NCBI GenBank assembly: GCA_963422365.1
Contig: OY729426.1
Location: forward strand, 832,001-896,000
DNA: 64,000 bases
From: Nitrospirales bacterium
GTDB lineage: Bacteria > Nitrospirota > Nitrospiria > Nitrospirales > UBA8639
Reading direction: 5' to 3'
Of this stretch, positions 54,245 to 64,000 are shown one piece after another. Position 1 is the stretch's first letter, and each line of letters opens with the position of its first letter. Under the pieces are notes generated by a model. The model was not told the origin of the DNA. It ran no database searches and worked only from the letters and a program-made list of their open reading frames with translations. Both the position numbers and the translations under genes were made by a program.

Positions 54245-54883
54245 TCATCCCCGGCAGGGGGCTGTTCCTCGGCAAGGGGCACGCTCTGCGCCTCTGGCAG
54301 GGGCGTGTCTCCTTCTCCCCTGTTCCCTACTCCCTTCATCCTTTTCCTTCCTCCTTCTTCCTTCATCCCTTCCCCTTCCTCGGGGAACCTCGGGGGATTT
54401 TTCCGGCGGCATCACCCCCCCCGACGGGACCGTCTGGAGGCTCGCCCACCACACCGATTCCTCCGGCCGCAGATACCACCACGATTGCGGAGGGCCCCAC
54501 CGCTTCTCTCGCACATTCGCTCTCAATTGCGCCAACGGGATGGCCTGCGTCAATCGCCGCGCCTCCGACAATTCCAGGGCGCTCAACTGGGGCAAGTGAC
54601 CGTACCGGTCGGTAACCCCCTCGAAGGTCATCCCGCACCCTGTGGCCACCTCGGGCCATCACTCACCTGGCGGCAACGTCCGGAGACGTCCCAACCGGGT
54701 GACTCCCAGGAGCCACCCCGCTGAGTACAGATACCCCGGCATCCCCGCCGTCGTATGGGCAGGTCGTGCCCTCCGGAGATCCACGGTTTTCCGGCCCCCG
54801 ACGATCATCTCTGCCCACGCCTGGTGCAAGGCCAGCAACATTCCCCGCTCTGATCGGCCTCTGCTCTCCACAGGCATCATCAT
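54245..54883 (-). pseudogene. ASCH-domain protein with an internal stop
   Basis: LLALHQAWAEMIVGGRKTVDLRR...PPQSWWYL in one frame, TGA at 54659-61. Confidence 0.7.
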
Positions 54884-55237
54884 TCCTCATCCTCGGCCCT
54901 GCTCCACCGTCCCTGGTCAGTCAGACCCGAGGAGGAGATTCTCGCCGTCCTTCCTCTTCGTCGGCCCACGGGACTGCATCAATCGTCTCTGGTCTCACCT
55001 AACACGAGAGCCGCGTGTCCTCCTCCGACCTAACAGCGACGCGCTCTGAGGGCAGCCGGCAGAGGCGTCGCCACTAGGAGGACCAGAACCACATGGCCAT
55101 CACCCTCCCCCTGGGTGTCCGCACATAACATTCTCTCTCAGAGTCAGCGATCATGAGTTCCTCCTTTCAGACCCACAAACGAAAACAGAGAGACCAGAGA
55201 GACGTGACAAAGAACCCAGCTGGCGAGGCCCCCCCTC

Positions 55238-55372
55238 TCAGCACGCACATCCCAACGCCCAATGTGCGCGATCCTGATCAATGCCCACCCCCGTGTCAAC
55301 TCCAGCGGCCAATAATCCCTCAGCGGCCACGCCCCCGCCACAAAACAGGGACAAGGCTCTCATCCCCGCCAT
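55238..55372 (-). pseudogene. N-terminal fragment of a DNA cytosine-C5 methyltransferase
   Basis: MRALSLFCGGG..EGL..AG.....GID resembles motif I. Confidence 0.6.
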
Positions 55373-55509
55373 CTCCTGCCTTGATACGCGCGAGCCCCTG
55401 GGGTAGTCTCCTCGTGGCGCCGGAGTCATTTTCGCAATGACCTGATCCTTCGGGGCAGCGCGGGGTTGCTGCGGCCCGTACGGCGCCACCTATTCCCCTC
55501 CCACCCGCT

Positions 55510-56701
55510 TCAACGTCCGCCGTCCCTGCTCCACACCTGTTGCCGCCGAGCCCGCGCGTAGCTCACCAGATACGTTTCTGTCCCGTCCTGCGTGCGTTTA
55601 ATCACGGCGCGCCACCAGTGGCCCTGCTCTACAAGGAAGCTCACGAGCACCCCAGGGCGCTCGGCCGACTGAAACACCGTCCCGGCGTCGAGCATGCGCT
55701 GCACCCGTGCGTAGTCCTGGGGCGTCACGTCAGGATGCCGTTCGGCTTTGTTTGGCCGCGGTCCAGGCCGACAGGCGCACGGTGGGCGACATCGCGTCCA
55801 GGGCGGTCGCTACAGGATCGGGCAGCGGGCCATGGGCTGAGATCCCCGTGGGTCGGCTGCCGCAGGAACGCGGCGAACGCCGGGCTCGCCAGCCCCTGGG
55901 CCGTCACCGCGTGCGCGGTCGCGGGCGGCTGCGCATCCAGCTTCGAGACGAGGCGCGAGGCGGCGTCTTGCGCATGACGGGACCCGGCCGGGGCCAGGCC
56001 CAAGTGATACGCCCACCCGGGATCGATCCCCACGGGCACCTGCTGCACCTGCCCTGTGCGCGTGTTGCGCTATGGCGCGGTCACGACGCGGGGTGCTCTT
56101 GAGAGATCGTCCAGCCGCGCTGCGCCAGATCGGCGGCGGAGAGTGGCACCACGCGGCACCGGCATCGCCAGCCGTTGGGCGGATAGTGCGTGGTCCACCA
56201 GGGGTCGTCCACGGGCAGAATCAGCCCGTGCCAAGCGGCGTGGTCGGGTCGCACGCGGGCGTCTCCGGCGGTGATATAGCGCAGATAAGGCCACGCCGCC
56301 TGCACACGCTCGATGCGCGCCCACTGCCAGGCAGTGTAGGCGGTGCGGACGTTAGCGTTAAAGATCAGCCGGAGCCGTGAGGACAACCCCAGGAGCGCCA
56401 CGCGCGCCTCGCCCGTCTGCGGGTTCGTCACCACCCGGTGGCCCCACCAGCCCCATCGCCGCAAGAGCGGCTCCAGCCCATCCTGGAATTGCGCCAACGA
56501 TTGGCCCTCGGCCAGGGCGGTGTCGAGGGCCGTCCGAATCTCGGCGAGCAGGTCCACCTGCATGGCCGTCGCCACAGTGAACGCGTGGGCGTGCTCCTCC
56601 TGCCACACGTCGCGCCAGTCGAAGCCGACATGGTAACCCTTGCGTCGGAGGAAGGCGAGGTCCTCCTCTGTCGGCAGCGTGGTCAGGTCAGCGGTCGGCA
56701 T
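55510..56701 (-). pseudogene. Mu gpF-like head morphogenesis protein with a C-terminal nuclease-like extension; frameshifted
   Basis: FDWRDVWQEEH..AFTVA, RLRLIF..N, YPPNGWRCRC, GIDPGWAY, TPQDY...AVIKRTQDG.E.YLVS. Confidence 0.8.
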
Positions 56702-56726
56702 AAGGCCACCCCTCACCCTGTCCTGC

Positions 56727-57190
56727 TCACGGGTGGAGAGGGGAAACAGCCGAAGGATCGGCCTCCGGGTGTGAGGCTTTGGGCACAGGCTGCTCCCGGC
56801 CGCGGCCGGGCCCTGTCAGGGCTCCGTCGGGGTCCCCCACGCCGGCGTCGCCCGCGGCGCGGGCCATGAAGTTCGCCTCGGCGAGGCGCGTCGTTACCGG
56901 GGCCAGCCCCTGGAGGAGCACGGCCTTGGTCAGGTCGGTGCGGGCCGCCGCTAGCGACTCCGCAGACCCCACGGCCTCGACCAGCGGCCGGACCAGGGGC
57001 GCGAGCATGGGATCCCACTCCGCCACGGCGGTGTGCCCCAGGGTGTGCAGCGCCCTCCCCGGCGTCGCGGGCGTGGGCATCCGGTGGAGACTGGGCGGCG
57101 AGCACCGCCGGGGGCCCGTGGCTGGTACGGCGGGCATGTCCTCCCAGTCGCCGCCGTAGACGGCGCAGATGTGGGCCAGAGTGAGACACC
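56727..57190 (-). pseudogene. C-terminal fragment of a Mu gp29-like portal (DUF935)
   Basis: W.PM..P...L..A.S.....L...LA.A.F.A...G pattern directly upstream of MuF. Confidence 0.6.
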
Positions 57191-57260
57191 GGCCCGTGGT
57201 GCGGGCCACTCGACACGATCGACTCAGGGCGGAGCGGGCAGGGAGGAGGAGGGGAGCCGG

Positions 57261-57392
57261 TCAGGCTCCGACGAGCCGGCCGAAGCCGGCCAAGACGAGC
57301 ATCAGGCCAAGCACGAGGGAGATCGGCAGCAGGAGGCCGTAGCCCAGCACGACCGTGACCCAGTCACCGATGGTTGGCCCCCGATAGCGCAT
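57261..57392 (-). CDS. 43-aa hydrophobic protein (MRYRGPTIGDWVTVVLGYGLLLPISLVLGLMLVLAGFGRLVGA)
   Basis: Own translation; single long TM segment. Confidence 0.4.
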   Translation of the reverse strand: MRYRGPTIGDWVTVVLGYGLLLPISLVLGLMLVLAGFGRLVGA

Positions 57393-57754
57393 AGGGAGAG
57401 GCTACCAGATGGCAGGAGCACAGGACAAGGTCGCCGTCCGGATTGCGGCAGAGCTGGGGCAGACGCGTCAGTGCCTTGCGCAGATGGAACACGGGTTGAG
57501 TGACGTCGGCCCCCGGCCTGTTCTCGCTTCCACGGGGGGGGATGCCTAATAGATGAGGTTGATGACGGTGATGAAGACGGCGAGAAGGATGGCCAGCCCC
57601 ACGGGCAAGGCCATGGCCATGCCCGCAAACGAAAGCCAGTCCCTGCACGTCGTCAGCTGGAGGGCAATCAGCGTCGGCTCGCCGGCGAGCCGATCCTGGC
57701 ACTCGCATGCGGGGTGATGATGGAGTGTAGGTTTTATATGTAGAGTATGAAACC

Positions 57755-58557
57755 ATGTCGAGTCTAAATTTCAAGCTCGCGATCAGGATCGCCACGGAAT
57801 TGCGGAAACCCCAGGCCCAACTGAAGACCCTCCAAGGGGAGCTCCGCCCCCAGGGCGTAGATGCGTTATATCGCTATGAGTGGGTCACGCAGCGCATCGG
57901 CACCACAGGGCAGTGGAGCCGCTGGAACCTGCCCGCCTTGCAGGTTGCCTACGTCCAGGGCCCCCAGGGCGACCCGGGGCGCCCCCCCCTCTTGCCCGCG
58001 TGGCGATTGCTACCTGCACCGGCCGATCCTCGGCACGTACAACGGGATACGCTTCATCTACCAGACCACGGCCCGCAGCGGGCCCGGCGACCCGGCCAAG
58101 AGTCAGGCCGGCTGGTCTCGCTCCAGGCTCCCCGAGAACTGGGAGCAGGCCAAGCAGCATTGGATCGCCACGCGACGGGTGAGCGGGTCATGGCCCACGC
58201 CGGTTGAGTACCCGGCCTTTGTCTACTACGCGGCGATGGCAGCGCTGCCGAATGCGCAGGAGGCGGTGCTCTCCGACACGGTCACCCTCTACAATCCCGC
58301 CCTCACTTGGATTGAGACTCGGGCCGTGGACGGCAGGGGGGAGGCGACCGGTCGAGAAGCGCCTCGACGGCCAGCTCCTGATGCCGGGCAGCGTCACGGC
58401 CAACGCCATGAACGTGCAGACCCTCTCGGCCCTCTCCGCCACCGTGGGCACCTTCCGCTCCGCCGCCGCCGGCGAGCGCGTCGAAATCTCCGACAATCGC
58501 CTCTCCGTCTACGACGCCGCCGGACGCCTCCGCGTCCGCATCGGCGCCCTGTCGTGA
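57755..58557 (+). pseudogene. Probable tape-measure N-terminus joined by deletion to the C-terminus of a J-like tail-tip protein
   Basis: MSSLNFKLAIRI..EL, then YEWVTQR..WS..PA, DTVTLYN, and DGQLL.PGSVTA..LSA.SA..G..RVEISDNRLSVYDAAGRLRVRIG; frameshifts. Confidence 0.6.
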
Positions 58558-59163
58558 GGGCAGCCGGCCCACAGCCTGGCGCCGCTCGATGCCGCCGGCT
58601 CCCGCCGCAGCCGTATCGGCGCCCTCACCTTACCCTCCCCCCCTGCCCCGCCCATTCCCCACCACCGAGTGCCCCTCCAAACCCAAGAGAAATTTCTAGA
58701 CCCCTCGCAATTCTTTTCGTCCGGATCCACAATTATTTTCATACGGCTACAGCGGCATTTTCTGTTGCCTGGAAGAGGCGCCTGAGCCTGCCATCGGAGA
58801 GCGACGCCCTCTTGGAGAGCTGACGGCCTTCAGCTGAGGCCGCGCCGGGGGGGGGGCGACGACGAGGCGTCAGCGGCCTTGGCGGGGCAAGCCCGTGCGG
58901 TGTGTGGTGGTGAGGGGGCCGCCCCATCCGTTTGCGCCTAGCGGCTTGTGAGTGAAAGGGAGGCGTTACGTTCAGGGAGAACGAAGAGGGACGGTTGACG
59001 ACCGGGACCGTGATGGGACCGTGATGGGATAGGATGGTTCGACCTGAATGAAGTCACCGGAGGAGAGACCCCATCAGACCGAAGCTAGTCGCCATCAGAA
59101 CGAGCCAGCCCGTCATAGGGTGTGACGGAGAGGGTGGTGACTGAACGTGGACGGAGGGCCGTG

Positions 59164-62100
59164 ATGAACCGACAACGACACTTTCACCCTGTGAAGAGAT
59201 TGAACCACGTCCCCATTCTTCGGGTTCTCACCGCACCCTTCGTTACTACCCCCCCCCCCCCCCCCCCCCCCCCCCCGAAATTCCTGTTCGGCAGGCCAAC
59301 GCCGTGAAATCTCGTCAACCCCTGCGGCACCTCGCCGCTGCCCTCGGCCTGATCCTCTATATCATCTGTGTCCTGCCGGTCGCTGCACAGACTTCCGCCG
59401 GCGTCACGTTATCCAAAAGCAGTGTCACCGTTACCGAAGCCAGCGGCGCTGGGCGCACCGCCACCTACACCGTGGTACTGGACACCGAGCCGACAGCGAA
59501 CGTCACCATCACCATCACCAGTGGCGATACCAGTATTGCCACCGTCTCCCCGGCATTGCTGACCTTCACCACAGCCAACTGGAATACCCAACAGATCGTC
59601 ACCGTCACCGCCGGTCAGAATGAGGACATTGATCATGGTGTTTCTAAAAGTGTGTCGATTTATCATACTCCATCCGGCCGCGGCTACGGCGACAGGGATA
59701 CGGTTCTTTTATCTGTCAACGTGTTAGACGACGACATCGCCGGTATCACCGTCACCGAGACCGGTGGCAGCACCGCCACCACCGAAGCCGGTGGCGCCGA
59801 CACCATCAGCGTAGTGCTGGACACCGAGCCGACAGCGGACGTCACCATCGCCGTATCCAGCTCCGACACCACTGAAGGTACGGTTGACAAGAGCAGCTTA
59901 GTCTTCACCGCTTCCAACTGGAATACCCCACAGATCGTCACCGTCACCGGTCAGGATGACAACCTGGCCGATGGTGATCAATCCTATAACATCGTACTGG
60001 CCAAGGCCGTCAGTGGCGACGTTCATTACGGCGGCAGCCTCACAGTCTACAACGCCATTAACCCAGCGGACGTGACGGTGACCAACGCCGATGACGACGC
60101 CGGTGTCATGTTGTCCACGAGTGCGGTCACCGTCACCGAAGCCAGCGCCGGGCGCAGCACCACCTACACCGTAAAACTCAGCATCCAACCCTCGGGCAAC
60201 GTCACCGTCACCCCCACCAGCGGCGATACCAGCGTGGCCAGAGTCTCCCCGGCCTCCCTGACCTTTACCACTACCAACTGGAATACGGCACAGCCCATCA
60301 CCGTCACCGGCGTGGATGACAGCACCGATGGGGATAGAACCACCACCATCAGCCATACAGTAACTGGTGCCGACTACACCTCAGTCAGTGCCGCCATTGT
60401 CGTCGTCACCCTCACCGACGACGACAATGGCCCACCGACCGGCGCCGTGACCATCACCCGCACCGCTACCCAGGGACAGACGTTGACCGCGGACACCTCT
60501 GGCATCTCCGACCCGGACGGCCCGAGTAATTTAATGTTCGGTTATCAGTGGAAGCGCGATGGCGCTGCCATCAGCGGCGCCACCAGTGGCACCTACACCC
60601 TGACACAAGCCGACGTCGGGTCGGCCATCACCGTCACCGTGAGTTGGACCGATGCTGGCAACACTGCCGAATCCCTTACCTCTGCGGTGGCAGTTCTTCC
60701 CTCTGGGGTGACAGTGCCGGCGGCCCCTGCTGGTCTCACAGTGATTGTGCGCAGTGGCAAAATCAAGTTCCGCTGGGAGATTCCCAACAACCCCGACATC
60801 ACCGGCTATCAATACAAACAATGGACTGGCAATACCGAACCCAGTCTTGGCACCTGGGTAGACTTTTCAGGTGCAATGTCTGCGACTACACAGAACCGCT
60901 CGGTACGAGGTTTGACCGACGGCACCGAATACAACTTCCGCATTCTGGCGATAGCCGGCAGTGTGACGGGGACCCCGTCCGGCGTTATTACCGTGAACCC
61001 GTCGATCACTCCGGATGTGCCCGCCAGGCCTGCTGCCGTCACCGCGGTACCCGGCGACGGACAAGTAGCGTTAAGTTGGACTAATCCCAATAATGCTCTC
61101 ATTACCAAGTATCAGATCCGGCGGCAGGACGTGACGATTGCACCCGACGGGGGTAAAACCAGCGGGAACTGGAGTGATTGGAGTGACATCCCCGGCAGTG
61201 GCAAAGACACCACCGGCTATACAGTGACCGGTTTGACCAACGGCATGAAGTACAACTTCCGCATTCGGGCGGTAGCCGGTACCTCGTCCTATGGGAAGGC
61301 GTCCAGCGCCGCCGGTGCCAGGCTGGCGATACCGGCCGCGCTGGTCGCGGCGGCGCCGCCCAAACCCACCGGCCTTGCGAAGGTCATTGGCAACGGCCAA
61401 GTGACATTAACCTGGGACAATCCCAACAATCTTGCCATCACCGGGTATCAATATAAATACTGGAGTGGCACCCCCGAGAGCGGCCGCTGGAGCGAGGTGT
61501 CGGGCAGTGACAAAGACACCATCAGCCACGTGGTGACGGGGTTGACCAACGGCACCAAATACCACTTCCGCCTTCGGGCGCTGGTCGGGCGGGTTGCCGG
61601 AGTGAAGTCCCGTTCCACTAGTGCCACACCGGCGGTCCCGCCGGTGCAGGCCGCGCCGACTGCAATCAGTGCGCAGGCCGGGTACAGACAAGTCGAGTTG
61701 ATCTGGCGTGATCCGAGTCTGAGGGATCAGAAGGACACCACCATCACCAAATACCAGATCAAATACTGGAGCGGCCCGAGCGAGACGGGGGCCTGGCGGG
61801 ACATTTCCGCCACGATCAACACCAGACACGCCTACTACATCGTGACGGGGCTGACCAACAGCGTGCCGTACAATTTCCGGCTTCGTGGGTTGACGAACGG
61901 GTTTGTGGTGACCGAGTCCAACCGCGTGCAAGCGAGCCCGGTGGCGCCGCCGCCGAACACCCCCGCCCGCCCTCAGGCGGTGGCCGGCGACGGTGAAATA
62001 ACGTTAACCTGGGCCAATCCCAACAACCGCGACATCACCGGCTATCAGATTCGGCAATGGACGGGCGGTGGGGAGCGAGGCAGTTGGAGTGCTTGGAGCG

Positions 62101-64000
62101 ACATCCCGGGCAGCGACAAAGCCACCACCGGCTATACCGTGAGTGGGCTGACCAACGGGGTGAAATACAGCTTTCGCATTCGGGCGGTCGCGGGCAGGGT
62201 GACGGGGTCGCAGTCCCCCTACACCGCCGTCGTAATCCCCGGGGCCACGCCGGGCCAGCCCGCCCTCAGGGCCGTGGCGGGCGAGGGGGAAGTGACGTTA
62301 CGCTGGAGTGATCCGACCAATCCCACCCTCTGTACCGGCTATCAATATAAACAATGGACTGGCAATGCCGAGCCTGCCGATGGCTGGGTTGACTATCGGG
62401 CAGCGATGCCAACACCGTCCGTCACGTGGTGAGTAGTCTGACCAATGGTCTAGCCTACACCTTCCGCGTTCGTGCGGTGGGCAACAACGGTATCGTGGGT
62501 CCCCCGTCGGATGTTGTCCGGGCCACGCCGAGGGCCGGCAGAGTGACGAGAGCGGCGGCGGCCGGGGGGCTCACCGTCATCGGGGCGGACCCGGGCACGC
62601 TCGACATCACGGGCGACCGCATCACCGCCACGGTGGGCGGCACGGGGGTGGGGCTGACGCTGCCGTCTGCACACGGCGTCACCCGGGTCACCTTCTCGAG
62701 GCCGCCGCGGGCAGCCGTCCCGGCACCGCAGGCTGGGGTGACCTTTGGAGCGGCAGCGGCCTACGTGAACGTGGAGCTAGACCCGCCGCTGCCCTCAGCC
62801 TCACCGGCCACGGTCTGTCTGCACCGGCCGGCCGGGCTGTCGGGCCATGCCGCGGTCTATCACCTGGCCGAGCAGGGCCGTGAGTGGGAAGCACTGGCCG
62901 GGGCCGGCCCCGAGCATCAGGCCCGGCGACCGGGGGACATCTGCAGCAGCCTGCGAAGTGGGTCGCCGGTTGTCGTCGGGACCCGAACCGTGGAGGGGGC
63001 CACCCACACCCGTGACGCCGACCCCCTGGGCGTCACGTTATCCGACACCCGTGTCACGGTCACCGAAGCCAGTGGTGCCGGGCGCACCGCCACCTACACC
63101 GTGGGGCTCACGGCCCAGCCGAGTAGCGCTGTCACCATCACCCCGACCAGCGGCGAGCCCGGCGTGGCCACCATCACCCCCTCATCCATCACCTTCACCC
63201 CCGCCACCTGGGACACGGCCCAGGCCGTCACCGTCACCGGGGTGGATGACCGCGTTGATGCGGATCGCCGGACGACCATTACCCATACCGTCACCGGGGG
63301 GGGCTATGACGCGGTACGTATCCCCGACGTGGCCGTCACGCTGACGGATGACGACACGGTAGCGGCCCGGCTCTTCGGCTTTGCCGGGGACACCCTGACC
63401 GTCACCGAGGCCGACGGCGCCATGCACCGCACCTACTACCAAATCGTCCTGCAAAGCCAGCCGACCGGCGCCGTCACCATCATTCCCACCAGCGGGAAGA
63501 CCGGCGTAGCCACCGTCACCCCTTCATCCATCACCTTCACCGCTGATACCTGGGCCGAGCCACAGAGCCTCGCGGTCACCGGCGTGGACGACCACGTTGA
63601 TGGGGGAGACCGACGCACCACCATCACCCATACCGTCTCTGGGGGCGGCTACGACGCGGTGCGCATTCCCGACGTGGCCGTCACGCTGACGGATGACGAC
63701 GTGGCCGGCATCACCGTCACCGAGACGGATGGCCACACCGTGACCACCGAAGGGGGGAGTCGCGACAGCGTCAGCGTGGTGTTAGACAGCCAGCCCACGG
63801 CCGAGGTCACCCTCACCGTCTCGAGTTCCGACGTGAGTGAAGGCACTGTTGACACGAGCCGCCTGGTCTTCACCCCCCACAACTGGGCCACCGCGCAGGT
63901 GATCACGGTCACCGGGGTGGATGACCGGTTGGATGATGGCGAGCAGTCGTACAAGATCGAACTGGGTATCGCAGCCAGTCGCGACAGCCACTACAATGGG
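59164..64000 (+). CDS. Giant surface protein: signal peptide, Calx-beta-like repeats, about 6 FN3 domains, more Calx-beta-like repeats. Out of frame at the poly-C tract and at about 62395; runs off the window
   Basis: LPVAAQ signal cleavage; GLTNG..Y.FRIRA FN3 motifs; frame from 62399 stays open to 64000. Confidence 0.85.
59249..59276 (+). repeat. Poly-C homopolymer (28 C)
   Basis: Direct count. Confidence 0.95.

Larger units (their letters stand above)
52740..58751. mobile_element. Highly degraded, rearranged Mu-like prophage relic
   Basis: GC-rich; fragments of portal, MuF, tape measure and tail-tip genes; loosely inverted ends. Confidence 0.8.

Noticed and set aside
51096..54883. Several in-frame TGA stops suggesting stop-codon recoding
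   Set aside because: They fall at positions expected to be different residues (Cys, Gly, probably Leu or Arg) and co-occur with frameshifts, and intact genes here end in TGA. This is ordinary decay
43183..58751. Array spacers targeting the neighbouring prophage relic or the chromosome
   Set aside because: No convincing match found by eye. Not exhaustive; a BLASTn-short search is needed
52649..58927. Numerous overlapping Arg/Pro/Gly-rich ORFs
   Set aside because: Shadow ORFs of GC-rich DNA; only frames with recognisable phage motifs were kept
21711..64000. Diversity-generating retroelement or invertase shufflon behind the adhesin repeats
   Set aside because: No reverse transcriptase or recombinase in the window, differences are not adenine-specific, and the copies are direct rather than inverted

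Overview
Bacterial chromosomal window. Gene content (HEAT-repeat clusters, ChaN, CDGSH, conserved hypotheticals) suggests Nitrospirota, and the giant Calx-beta/FN3 autotransporters hint at a host-associated lifestyle; both are inferences. 1-34 kb is mostly housekeeping: four HEAT-repeat genes, ugd, tRNA-Gly, tesA-ybbA-ybbP, a lipoprotein islet next to tRNA-Leu, queE, pepA, nagZ, hsp20, arfB, ptrB, and a response regulator-kinase-degP-sigma70 cluster. It is interrupted at 21.7-24.8 kb by a GC-rich, 5'-truncated autotransporter copy fused to a broken porin gene. 34.5-50.4 kb holds a decayed RHH-PIN toxin-antitoxin pair, a complete type I-C CRISPR-Cas operon and a 100-repeat array. After the array come a Cas4-Cas1 fusion pseudogene, a shredded Mu-like prophage relic, and a giant adhesin gene behind a 28-C tract. 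Top finding: the cas3-cas5 intergenic region encodes a one-unit crRNA-like guide (mini-hairpin, exact 11-nt repeat handle, 16-nt spacer). The guide matches the PAM-flanked transcription start of the cas5-cas8c-cas7 promoter, which predicts a Cascade autorepression circuit built into the cas5 5' UTR. The array also records synonymous PAM/seed escape by a recurring invader.
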